Below, piece by piece: positions 37,930 through 51,382 of a stretch of 64,000 nt of DNA. The stretch is taken from positions 113,894,001-113,958,000 of the forward strand of contig OZ024741.1 in assembly GCA_964016885.1 (NCBI GenBank), given 5' to 3'. The notes beneath the pieces are model-generated. The model was given only the letters and a program-made list of their open reading frames with translations, did not search any database and was not told the origin of the DNA. A program made the position numbers and the translations under genes. The stretch is from Eledone cirrhosa. Lineage: Eukaryota. How positions within the stretch are numbered: the stretch's first letter is position 1; each line of letters begins with the position of its first letter.

Positions 37930-39085
37930 ATCATCATCAGTTTATGTTAGTTTCCCCACACACACACATGCTAGAATGGGTTGGATGGATCGATGAACAC
38001 TAAATCAGAACTTAATCAGAGCTACTATTCTTTTAGATGGATCAGGGGGACTATGTCTCATCAATACATTCCATTTTTGGCATGGCTTTTACAGCTGGAT
38101 GTTCTTTCTAATGTCAACCACTTTACAAAGGGCTGACATATTTCATATCTGACCTCACCATATTCCCCCTTATTATCCACACTCACTCTAAATGATGTTG
38201 GTGTTAGGAAGGGCATCCAGCTGTAGAAACCAATCCAAAATCAGTTCTGTATGAGCAAGACATGGTCATCGGATTTGCAGTTTCTCACAACAGGACAACT
38301 CATCTAACACATGCTAGTGTGGAAAAATTGACGTAAAACAGTGATGAGGATGACTATCATGACAGGAAGAAATACACTGTTGCTTTTGTTGTATTTTTAA
38401 CCATGTCAACTCTGATCCAGAAGATCTATGTTTATCCCCTTTGATACAAAACTGACTGAAATTTGCCTCTGGTTTTATGATACTAAATGTTTATATTTAT
38501 CTGAAAATATTCTCTAATAAGTTTATTATATATATATTCCAAATGACATCTTAATAATGAGGAAATTGGATATATTGCTTAATCCCTCCAAATTCTTTAT
38601 TATATTTTGAATGATCTGAAATCATAGGCAGCCTCTTTTTATCAGAAACTAGCTGAGTTATCCAGTATTGCACGAATAATTACATCCATCCCATAAGTAG
38701 AAAAACTGTGGGGAATATCATCATCATCACCATCACCATTTAATGTCCATTTTTCTATGCTAGCATGGGTTAGATGAGTTGTCCCAGTGTGAGACAAATC
38801 TGATCAGATGACCATGTCTTGCTCACATGTCTTGCTGTTTCTGGCTTGGTTTCTATGACTCGATGCCCTTTCTAATGCCACCCATATTTACAGTGTAGAT
38901 TAGGGTTTTTTATTGTGACACCAAAACAAGTAGCTGACAGGCTAGAATAGGTACTTTTTATTGTGTTACCAGATTGACCACTTTACAGGATGGACTGGTT
39001 TCTTTTTGTTGTGTCACAAACATGACTACTTTACAGGGTGGACTGGGTGCTTTTTGTCCTTTCAACAATACAACCACTTTAATGA
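37930..39085. mobile_element. cluster of RTE-derived short modules (37930-38130 -, 38165-38355 +, 38718-39085 -)
   Basis: gttggtgttaggaagggcatccagctgtagaaa + (GAT)n; the last copy has about four tandem ~38-bp subunits. Confidence 0.75.
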
Positions 39086-40094
39086 AACAAAACATTGAAT
39101 AAGATAATTGTATAGTTAAACTTAAAATCCACAAACGTTTTCATAATCAATATTACATGTTTTTACTACTTATACACATAAATAAAGAAATCAATATTCT
39201 AACTTAAGATTGATTATTTACCTCAGTTACATTATATTTTTTTTAGTGTGTTTGCATTTGAAAAAATATAACTTAAAATTATTCATATATAATTAGAATC
39301 CACATTTTCTCACTTTGTTAATAAATTAATGCAAAATAATAAAAAATATCTGATCCTTTCATAAAATAAAATGTGTGATATATTTCTATAAAATACATGC
39401 AATTTATGCTAATGCATAAATGCACTTGAACTTAATAATTAACATGAGAAAGCAAGGTTATTAACTACCCAAGTGTATAGAAAAGAGAATGATGAACATC
39501 AAATATCAAATACACAAGGCACAATTTACTTTCATGAAAAATTATGGCATTGTAGCTTTGCCAATAATGGATTTGAACAATTATTAAAAGATCAGAAATA
39601 ATGTCAGAAATAATGAATTATATCTGTATATTATTTGTATGAAGAAATTCGTCAAATTTTAATAATTTGTTCATGAAAAAGATTTTCACATTTTCCAAAC
39701 AATGTCTTTCATTCTAACCTGGAAATCAATTTGGAACTCCCTAAATGTGATTGCTTGAGAAAGTTTTACAAGTACTTATAACACTATTATTGAATGGAAA
39801 ATTAACATTTACATTTGAATGTTCTAACTAAATGGACCTGGTAAATGATTTTTAAAAAACTTTTTCGTAGCAAAGGAGATATTTAAGGTGTTGATGGCAT
39901 CCTGAATGTATTCATTACGTAAAAATAATACAATGCAATATTGATTAAATGTAAGTTTTATCCTTAAATACTACATCAAATTCAAAATAAATAACATCGT
40001 TAATTTTCTTGTGATAAATTAGTTTTAATGATCTTATTTTAAAATTTGTAAGGCCAACCTTTCTATAGGTAACAAACAAATACATAGACTTTTA

Positions 40095-40905
40095 TAATAA
40101 TAATGAAATTATTGTGTAAAGTGCTCAGGTGCACTACAACTCGTCAAAGGTGTATCTATAGTACATATAATAATACACAAATGTCAGGGAAGTACATGTG
40201 TGTATGTGTTAGCTGTAGTGTTGGCGGATCTCGGGAAGCATGGAGGCCTTAAAGGATGCAGTGTCTCGACAGCTAACAACTGATGCAGGTAGTTTGTTCC
40301 ATGCTTCAGCAACTCTGAGCGTGAAAAAATGTTTCCGAAAGTCATGTGAACTGTGCTGTTTTCTTACTTTGTGGGTATGTCCACGTGTGTTAGACACATG
40401 GAAATCGAAAAGGTACTCAGGATTGTTGTTGGCAACATGGTTAACAATTTTGTGGGTGTTTACCAAGTCAGTTGCCAGGCGTCGGAGCTTCAATGTATCC
40501 ATGCCCAGGGAAGCAAGGCACTCAGAGTATGGTAGATGCCTGATGGAGGGTATTCGCTTGGTTGCACGTCTCTGAACAGTTTCCAGGCGGTCAATGTTCT
40601 GAGCAAGATAGGGGTTCCAGACTGGTGATGTAAATTCTAAGTGTGGTCGCACCATAGCCATGTACAGCCTTAAATAGATATCTGGAGAGCGGCTGACAAA
40701 GGTCTTGCTGAGTGATGCTAAGACACCCTTGGCCCTCTTGACAATTTTAGAAATGTGCTTCATCCAACGCAAATCGCTGCTGACCGTAATGCCCAGGTCA
40801 CGTTCACAAGAAGACTTCTTGATATTAGTACTGTGGAGGGAGTATGTGGACGCTGAGTTTTTACTCCCAAAATGCATGGTGGTGCACTTGTCCACACAAA
40901 ATATA
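40095..40905 (-). mobile_element. CR1-clade LINE 3' fragment
   Basis: KCTTMHFG..ERDLGI..VRPHLEF..VWNP..LETVQRRATK..FFTLRVAEAWNKLP. Confidence 0.9.
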
Positions 40906-41596
40906 ATATTTTCTTTTAATATATACAGTATCATAAAGAAAGAGTTAAAGGTGTTCCAGTTGTAACCACCACATCTATTTTTAAGACCCAGTGTTTCTAG
41001 GACTACATATTCAAATGTCCTTCCCTTTTCTAAAATGGTAGGGTGTGGTTGTTATTTTTAGAAAGCCCAGTGACTATAGAGAAACTCTCACATTGGCCCA
41101 GCAGACTCTCGTGTTGAATGAGTCTGCTATATGGCACACCTCAACTTATCTTCATCCTTTCTTATCTCCTATATGGTGCTTTGAAATTTGCCCTTAACAT
41201 CTTTTTCCTGATATTTCTAGTTCAATTTAACCCTTTTGTTACCATATTTCTAATGAAAGGCACTGCTTATGATATTCAATTAATTTTGGATGCAATGAAG
41301 AATTTGTAGAGATTTACTAGAATAAATAACTTTTTCATTTCTAATTTGGTGTTTCATAGAACTAACTAACCTACATGATTACCAATCTAATTAGATATCT
41401 GCACCTTCTATTTCTCCACCTAAAACCTACCAAACACCATGTACCTAACTACCTATCCTGTCCATCCTTCATACCTACCTATTTATATAACATACCAACC
41501 TACCCTATCTCACAACATATCTGTCCCCTCCCATAACTTACCTACATAACTAACCTACTTAACTACATACCTATCTACATATTTATTCCCTCTACC

Positions 41597-41835
41597 TGTG
41601 AACCACAGTGGTGGGTGGATGTACCAAGATTGTGACCCCTGGTAGATGGGGAAGAGGCACTCATGTAAGACGAAGGAAGAGATAATCAGGGATGATCAGA
41701 AAGCCAGGAACTTGAATCAAAACCTGTCCCTGGAATAAAAACTCTGGAGAGATACTTTGAAAGAAGCTGCCAAAACGCCCAATGCTTGTGATAAGTAAAA
41801 AAGACATTAAATCAAACGGTGATGATGATGATGAT
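41597..41835 (+). mobile_element. decayed RTE 3' end within a (CTAC/CTAT)n-rich tract
   Basis: GRWGRG-like coding remnant and (GAT)n tail. Confidence 0.5.
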
Positions 41836-42279
41836 CTAACTCCATATCTACTTTCCCCTACCTACCTATCAACCTACTTACCTATCAACCTAGCTATCTA
41901 TCAACCTACCTATCTATCTACCTAGTTCCATATATATCACTCCTTATCTAACTACATGTCTCACAAAGAAAGAATTTTATTTCAGTCTAACTTAATAAAA
42001 TAAAATATATTTGTAAATATATTGAAAGTATTCTCCTTCAAATAAATTACTTTTAGTTAAATGCGTGTATATGCATGTATTTATGGGTGTGTGTCTATCC
42101 ATGTAGCTATAAATATATAAGTGTGTGTAAGTGGAGGGGACTGACTTGCAAATCAAGAAACATACTATATATATAGTTTATTGTAGTAGGTTCAGTGTGT
42201 AATATATAGAACGAATTACTAAGTCTTTACATCAGTATCTCAGTGGACATAGACAAGATTTTAATTAGGATATATATAT

Positions 42280-43915
42280 ATCATCGTTCATTCATCATCG
42301 TTTAATGTCCATCTTCCACACTAGCATGGGTAGAATGGATTGACCCTTAGGTAGAGAATCAGGTCAGAAGTCCATGTTTAGGTCACCCAGGGAAGATTTT
42401 GGCATGGTTTCTACAGCTGGATGCCTATCCTAACACCAACCACATTTACACATCATCATGATCATCATTTTACGCTCACTGTTCCATACTTGCATGGGTT
42501 GTACAGGTCTTTCTCAGTAGAGCATCTCTCCCCTTGTCATGCTTTTTGATCATCTACTCTGTGAGCCTCGGTGATTTAAGATCAGCTCTCACCCCCCCCA
42601 AAAGCACCCTGTCCACTTAGTAAAGTGGTAATGCTGTTGCCCCCAAAAAGCTTCTAGTACACACAGCCAAGTAGTTGGCATTAGAATGGCATCCACCTTT
42701 AGAAAACCAAGCCCAAAACAGAACATATGAGCAAAATGTGGTCACCTGACTTGTCTAGCCTCATAACATGACAGCCTGTCTAACCCATGTAAGCATAGAT
42801 GCTAAATGGGGTGATGTTGATGAGCATTTTAGGCAGCATCTACTCCTAGTTTTCTAAGAGCCCACCAGATTATGGCATGGAGAACTCTGTCAAACACTTT
42901 CTCCAGATCAACAAATGCCAGGTAGAAAAGCTTACTTTTAGCTAGGTACTTTTCCCATGGCTGCTTCACAAGGAAGAGAGCAACAGTAGTGCCTTTACCT
43001 GGCACAAATCTGATTAACCTGGTCCCTAATCAACTGTGCTATAACACTTTCTGTTACTTTTATGACCTGGTCCATCAACTTGATGTCTCTATAGTTTCTT
43101 CTAACTAGTGCATCTCCTTTACCCTTGTAACAGTTGAAAATGGTGCTGCTGTGACAGTCATTCAGTATGATATCATTTAGTATTACTTGGTTTACAATAT
43201 GAGTGGTTAAGTTGTGACCCACTGATCTAGATGCTTTCAGCATCTCAGCAACTATCCGCAATGGACCGGCTGCTTTCCCAGTCTTCATATCCCTAATTGC
43301 CTTACTATACTACTACTGACTTGCATGGCTGGGCCCTCTGTTGGGTCCACTTGGGGTAGGCTCTTTTTCTCCCATGCCTTCTCCTCATTTTCTAATCTTT
43401 CATAATGGCTCTTCGGTGCTACTTTCTTTTCAGCATCTGTGAGGGAAAATGGTGCCTTTATCATTACAGATACCCTTTTCATCAATGACATCAGACATCA
43501 TAATTTTCCCTAACACATTGCCTCGCAATCCTACACACCTTACATTTCTGGTCTTCATGCTGCAAAACATTCTTGAAATTTTTATCGCCTGCTTCCCTCC
43601 TTGCAAAGTATACTTGAAGCTTCCCTCCAGGTCTCTATGTAGTGTACCCTGCTTACCCCATTCTTCCATTTTTTCCATGCCCATCTCTTGGCTTTAATAG
43701 TTTCCTCTATCTTATTGTTCCACCACCAAGTCATTGTCCTTCTCTCTGTAGTTCTTCCCCATCCACAGATCTCATCTGTCACCTTCAGCCGATTATCTTT
43801 AAGGAACTTCCAATGCTCTTCTATATTGAATGTCTCTATTTGTTCTTCCTTACTGTTGTAGGCGTCAAGCAAAATATCTTTTTAAATTTGTTACTGGTTG
43901 AAAGGTTTTTCAATA
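42280..43915 (-). mobile_element. RTE cluster: short modules (42280-42825) and RT-region fragment (42830-43915)
   Basis: MKTGKAAGP..IVAEMLK..KGKGDAL..NYRDIKL; TWWWN; similar to 52455-54142. Confidence 0.85.
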
Positions 43916-44499
43916 TATATATATATATATATATATATAAGCATATATGATTATGTAACTTTGGGGGAGTATGTATACGTGTATGCATGTGCCTATGTGT
44001 GTGGATATGCAATTGTGTGTGTGTGTGTGCATGTGAAGTTGTGTGTATGTGTGCATGTGCATATTTAGTTATTTGTTCTATTTATGTTTTAAATAACAAA
44101 GTGTATACAATTACACATGCACACGCTCATACAGACACATATGCACACATTCAACCAAATTTTTAGAAATAGAAATTATACAATTACACATGTATACACT
44201 CAAATTCATACATCACTCTTTCAACATCTTAATACAACAAATGGAATTCTTCAGAGATTTTAATGGATGTTAAAATCACTAGCTAATTTAACCCTTTTGA
44301 TATCAAACTGATTGAAAATATTTTTTATTTCTACAACACTAAGCTATTTATTTTAAAGTGTTTATAGTAATCTAAATACTTTCCATCATGATTTTATTTA
44401 AGAAGCTTTGTTAAGTTATGCTCCAAAAATAAGAAAGTTATATTACTAATCCATCCAAATTCTTAATTATTTTCAAAATGGCTTGACAATAATGATAAT

Positions 44500-44987
44500 A
44501 ATTGTTTCTACTTTTGGCACAAGGCCAGCAATTACCCAGTATATTACTGGTAGTTTATTTTATCGACCCCGTAAGGATGAAAGGCAAAGTTAACCTCAGC
44601 AGTATATAATAGTAATAATAATAATTTCTGGTTTAGGCACAAGGTCAACAATTTTAGAGGAGGGGAAATTCAATTAAATCGACCCCAGTGTATTACTGGT
44701 GCATTATTTTATCGACTCCATCAGGATGGGCATGGTACCCAGCACTCTACCGATTCTGCCAATCCACCACCCTTGACAATAATAATAATAATAATAATAA
44801 TTGTTTCTACTTTAGGCACAAGGCCAGCAATTACCCAGTACATTACTGGTACTTTATTTTATCTACCCCGTAAGGATGAAAGGCAAAGTTAACCTCGACG
44901 GGATTTGAACTCAAACCGTAAAGGGACGTAACTATGCTAGAAAGCATGGTGTCCAACCCTCTACTGATACTGTCAATTCACTGCCCT
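44500..44987 (-). mobile_element. three tandem SINE A copies separated by (AAT)n
   Basis: repeated ttgtttctactttaggcacaaggcc..ccccgtaaggatgaaaggc at ~44500, ~44625 and ~44800. Confidence 0.85.
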
Positions 44988-45005
44988 AATAATAATAATA
45001 ATAAT

Positions 45006-45956
<951 letters not shown>

Positions 45957-46469
45957 AAAAAATCTATGCTCTCTGAGACACATCTCAATTATTTCTGACC
46001 AAAATATCACTGACTTTGAAAGAGGTTGAGAAACTATCTTAAAATTAAAATAAGCAGGATGCTAGGTGTATAATCATAAAAGCAGTACAAATAATAACTG
46101 AAACACTTGATATGATAATGGAGAATACGATGAAAAAAATATTACACAAGAGCTTGCAAATGTACCTCCCTTGCCAAGGGCTTTTAAATCTGAAGGCCCA
46201 TCAAGCTGGAAGATTATCTTGGTTTCATTAGCATACGGTGACTTAGATCAGAAGGTGCTAGTACATCAAAGAGTTAAATAGCAATAGCTGTTGCTACTAT
46301 TGGTACTCATTTTCAGTAGAGTTGACTGAAGCATGGAGTGTTTTGCTGAGCACTACACCTGATATTCCCCCTCCATACACATGCATGTGTGTATATCATG
46401 ACTCACACACTGTTCACTTTCGTGACATTTGTACATTATTCTATTTATTTACTATACATGCACCTTTCA

Positions 46470-46705
46470 TGAGTTGTAGTGGATTGGCAGAATTGGTAAA
46501 GTGTTGGACAAAATGCTTTGCAGTATTTAGTTATGGCCGTTTATGTTCTGAGTTCAAATCTTGCTAAGGTTAGCCTTGTCTTTCATCCTTATGGGGTTGA
46601 TAAAATAAAGTACAGGTAATGCACTGGGATTGATTGAGTCGATTTTCCCTTTCCCTTTAAATTGCTGGCCTTGTGCCTTTAATAGAAACAATTATTATTA
46701 TTATT
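46470..46705 (+). mobile_element. SINE family A (long variant)
   Basis: ggattggcagaattggt..gagttcaaatc..tttcatcctt..ggccttgtgcc..agaaacaattattatt. Confidence 0.8.
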
Positions 46706-47104
46706 ACAACATGCCATCCAGTTCACTTCTTACATATTATGTCATGCACTAAGAATACATGTATCTATGGAATACTCAATCACTTACATGTTAATTCACA
46801 AGTTGGATATTCAATTGATTGAACAAATAAGAGATCATTGTCAAAACTGATGCAAAATCCATCACATATAGTGTAAAGAAGGGAGACTGGGTGGTCACAT
46901 TGGGAATATCTTTCACCATTGGTCTGCACAATAAAGACTGACCTGGGGCTAAACAACAACAATAACAACAACCAATAATATAACAGGAACAAACCTGTCA
47001 ACTACATTCTACGGAAAACAATGGAAAAAAAGTGATTACACCTAATCTGAAGAATGTGGCTGTGTTTAATTATAATGTTTAATTAAGATTGCAGGAGAGG
47101 AAAC

Positions 47105-47635
47105 GAGACAGTGTAAGTCTGTCTGTGTGTTTGTGTGTTTGTGTGTGCCTGTGCGTATGTGGGTGTGCATGTATATATGTATGTGAGTGTGTGTGTGTTT
47201 ATCTGTCTGTTTATGTGTGTACATGTATGATTGTATATATGTGTATATGTGTGTCTACGTATGTCTGTGTATGTATATGTATGCGTGTGTTTGTGTGTGT
47301 GTGTGTGCATGCAAATATGTGTGTATGTGAGCGTGTGTATGTTTATGTGTGTGCATGCATATTTGTGTCTGTATGTGTGTCTGTGTGTCTATGCGTTTGT
47401 GTCTGTGTGTGTATGTGTGTGTATATGTATGTATGTGTGTGTGTGTGCAGGTGTGTATGTGTGCAGGTGTGTATGTTTGATTATGTGTGTGCATGCATAT
47501 TTGTGTCTGTATGTGTGTCTATGTGTTTGTGTCTGTGTGTGTATGTGTGTGTGTATAAGTGTGTATGTGTGTGTGTATATGTGTGTATGTGTGTGTGTAT
47601 GTGCAGGTGTGTATGTGTGCAGGTGCGTATGTTTG
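47105..47635. repeat. degenerate (GT)n region with ~130-bp internal duplications
   Basis: repeated gtgcatgcatatttgtgtctgtatgtgtgtct and gtgcaggtgtgtatgtgtgcaggtg. Confidence 0.85.
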
Positions 47636-47920
47636 ACACTTTGTTTCTTCACATTCCTAAGGCTACATTCTGATTTCCAATCAAGATTAATTAATGTTTT
47701 ATAATGTTGCTTTTATCAATCATTAAATGGAACCATGAAGCATGTGTGAGTATATGTGGAAAGAGATTTGATTTTAAATTATTGAACAACAACAACAACA
47801 AACATCAAGAAAAACCTAAATAAAAATCAATAAAGCCAATAAGGGAGTCAGGTCTCTTAGCAGTCAGTTAGTTTGCTAGAAATAGCAGCCATCTGGCACT
47901 CAAATCACTAGTTACTGCCC

Positions 47921-48156
47921 TTAACCATTTAGCATTTAAACCGGTTGCATTCAACCAGAATTCTCTCACCCCTTTCTGTTCAAACCAGCTGTCACTGGCC
48001 ACTCATACTGATGTTAAGGTTTTGTTCTCAAAATAAATTATATCAAAATCTCATAGATTCGAGATTCGATATTATGTGAGATAATTATCTGAGTTAAAAC
48101 CTTTACTGTGAAAATACAATAGTAAATATAGAATAATGTAAATGCTAAAGGGTCAA
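47921..48156. mobile_element. piggyBac-type MITE
   Basis: ttaa-ccatttagcattta ... taaatgctaaaggg-tcaa (TIRs with TTAA-like TSD). Confidence 0.75.
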
Positions 48157-48284
48157 ACACTTTAGTCTTTGGTATAAAAGAAAGGTAAGATGGTAGCAGT
48201 TGGACTGCTTTTGATAATAGGTCTGTTCAATCATGATAGACCTAGGCCTAGGGTTAAACAACAACAACAAAATCAGCAATAAGG

Positions 48285-48500
48285 ATTTCCAATTTAGACA
48301 CAAGGCCAGCAATCTATGGGGAGGAGAAAGTGAATTACATCAATTCCAGACTGTAACTAGTACTTTATTTTATCGAACCTGGAAGGATGAAATGGAAAAT
48401 TGACCTCAGCAAGATTTCAGGTCAGAATATAAAGAGTGGAACTAAATGAGGCAAAACATTTTGTCCAGCACTCTAATAAATTCTGTCAGTCAACTACAAC
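48285..48500 (-). mobile_element. SINE family A (long variant, old)
   Basis: acacaaggccagcaat..tactttattttatcga..ggaaggatgaaa. Confidence 0.75.
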
Positions 48501-50095
48501 ACCAACACCAACAACAAATATTGCAAGCCAATAGGCAGCCTCAGTGTAATCACTAAATCTGAAAGAAATAACAGTCAAATCTCATCTCCCTCAAATCATA
48601 CCCTACCATTGTGAAAAAGAAAGAATACATTGGATAATATAGTCCTACATACACATAAAAGAGGAGTTGGTCTTCTCGGGATTACCTTTGATCATATATC
48701 TGTTCAATCAGGTTTTAAGTAGGGCTTAACAACATTATTGCAGGGGTAGGAGTATCAGAATGATGGTAGAACAATTTGCTCCACAAGATTCTGTCTCCAT
48801 CAAACTCTTCAATCTCTCTCTATATGTGTGTGTGAGAGAGAAAGAGAGATAGAGAGAGAGAGAGAGGGAGAGATGGAGAGAGAGAGAGAAAGAGAGAGTG
48901 TGTGTGTGTGTATTATTGACAGAGAATCAGTACTCAATACTGAAGTAGAATTTAATGAATACACACATAAACACATGCATATATATACACACACACCCTC
49001 TACCTGCTAACTATCATTCTGTTGCACCTGGTGCTGTATCTCTCAAGCACTCATTCACACTGAGATGTGGCCAATGAAAGCAATGTATTTGTGACAGCTG
49101 GAAAGTTTTGACCACTTCTGCTTCATTGAATTCTCTATGTTCATGCATTGGATTTTGTGCCAAACTTGTCATCATTGCTAGATAGATTCTCTTCACCATC
49201 TTTTATTCAAAAGTTGCTTGTATTGGTTTAGTCAAGTATTTCCACAGCCTAGAAAGTGAACTCATCTGTGATGCCAGAGCCCCTCCAGGGATGATATAAA
49301 TGGTAAGGGGAACAGTTGAAAATCTGGATTGGCACAATCAAGATATTGACCTAATATCTTGTCTTCACCTATATGCTGTTTGTCATTGGAATCATGACTG
49401 GCTAACAATATATGTCAGGTGTCTATGACTGCTATGCAAGAGCAGCCTCTTTTGCTGCAATTGCCCTGGTTGAAGCCAGATCAACCTATCCTAGCTGAAC
49501 AAGTACATGACTTATTTCTAATATTTCAAAGATTATGGAAACAGCCATCAACATTAATTAACCTTTTCCATCAACTTTAGAGTTTCAGGAGAAAATATAT
49601 TTTATTGAAGGACAAATTTGTTATATAGAGTTAAGAGAGATGGATTCATGAACAATGGAGAAGGTGCATATTAGTGAAGGTGCTAGGAAGTAGTCCACTT
49701 TGACTGATGTAACTGATACATCATCATGCAACTATGATATCCAAATATAGAACTGCTTCACATTCACCTTTCAATTTGGACTCCAAGGCTTAAGAGTAAA
49801 GTACAGTAATGCCCTTGAAACTAAACATGACATAAACCAAATTAAGAAATCCAATAACACCTTAATTTTTTACAGACAAACCTAGAAACCTATATGAAAG
49901 AGAGAAGACACATTACAAACAGCTACTCAACAAAAGCATCACAAAAAAAGTTACATTACACACAATATCAACACATATAATGATTTAGCCCTTTTGATAC
50001 CAAACCACCTGAAACTCTCCCTGGTTCTCTGACACTAAGCTGTTTATTTTAAAATGTTCATATTTATCCAGAGACCTATCATTATAATTTTTATA

Positions 50096-50284
50096 AGGGC
50101 GGTGGATTGGCAGTATCGGTAGAGGGTCGGACGCCATGCTTTTGATGCATAGAGTTACGGCCCTTGCCATTCTGAGTTCAAATCCCGCCGAGGTTAACTT
50201 TGCCTTTCATCCTTCCGGGGTCGATAAAATAAAGTACCAGTAATGAACTGGGTAATTGCTGGCCTTGTGCCAAAAGTAGAAACA
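50096..50284 (+). mobile_element. SINE family A, full-length
   Basis: 15-bp TSD attataatttttata; homology to other A copies. Confidence 0.92.
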
Positions 50285-50544
50285 ATTATAATTTTTATAT
50301 AAATTTCATTAAGTTATGTTCCAAACAACAGCTTAATAATGAGAAAGTTAATCCCTCTAAATTCTGGATTATTTTCAAAACTATTTGAAAATCATAGGCA
50401 GTGTCCTTCATTAGACATATGATAATGAAAGAGTTATATAATGAAAGAGTTATATATAAAACATCAAATTGATGAAAATTAGACAAAAAACTGGAAATCT
50501 CAGCTAAACCTGATTATCAAACAGGCCCAGGCTTGGGTTAATAT

Positions 50545-50965
50545 CTCCACAGTTCTGGAGTCGGCTGGTTTATTCAGAATGATGGGAAGAGACCAGACGG
50601 TCTTACCCTTTGTCCATGGGTGAGAGGTAGGTGTCTCATCTGGGACATCACAGTCAGTGACTCTTTTACGCTCTCCTACATCATGGATACCGCGGTAAAT
50701 GTGGGGGTCACTGCTTCCGCTACTGAACAGAATAAAATTCGGAAATACCTGGACTTATCAAACAATTATTTTTTCCAGCCTGTGGTGTTCGATACATTCG
50801 GTGGAGTTGGGCCACTGACAGCGAAATTCTTGTCTTCACTGGCGGCTTACCTTACTGAGGTGTCAGGTGATGCCCGTGTGGGTGCCTGGTTATTTCAGCA
50901 CCTTAGCCTACCATCATCCGAGGTAATGCTGTGAGCATATTGGCTTGCCTGAAAATGTGCAGTTA
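50545..50965 (+). mobile_element. CRE-like non-LTR element RLE-domain fragment
   Basis: DGKRPDGLTLCPWVRGRCLIWDITVSD..EQNKIRKY..FQPVVFDTFGG..FQHLS. Confidence 0.75.
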
Positions 50966-51382
50966 ACCCCTAAGGTGTGAGGTGTGGCCGATTATCACAC
51001 TCGGTGGTGAATTCCCCCCACACACACACACTTTTTTTTTCATTCTTTTTTCTTTCCTTTATCATTTTTGTTGATGAATTTATATTACTGTGTTATTATA
51101 CACGACTTAGACAATATATTTGCGAGCCAACTTTGGTGTTATTTACGCATTTATTATGTTATTTATGTATATATTTAAAACATATTTGCAACGTTATTCT
51201 ATGGTAAATTTGTACATCTGTAATACCATTTTTTCACAGATTTATAATGGTTAAGAACCATAAGGAAATCTTTGAAACTAATCCTAAAAGCAAGTTAATT
51301 AATCCAAATAAATCTGAGATAAGGTTATTTCATAAGAAGATTTTAAATAATCTTAATGATAAATATTAAGAAAGCCTACAAC

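Noticed and set aside
39100-40050. Possible host exon or decayed transposase in AT-rich unique DNA
   Set aside because: No sustained ORF or recognisable motif found by eye.
47083-47704. Cys/Val-rich and His/Thr-rich ORFs
   Set aside because: Translations of degenerate (GT)n; the same applies to the YI, HT and poly-K/N ORFs elsewhere.
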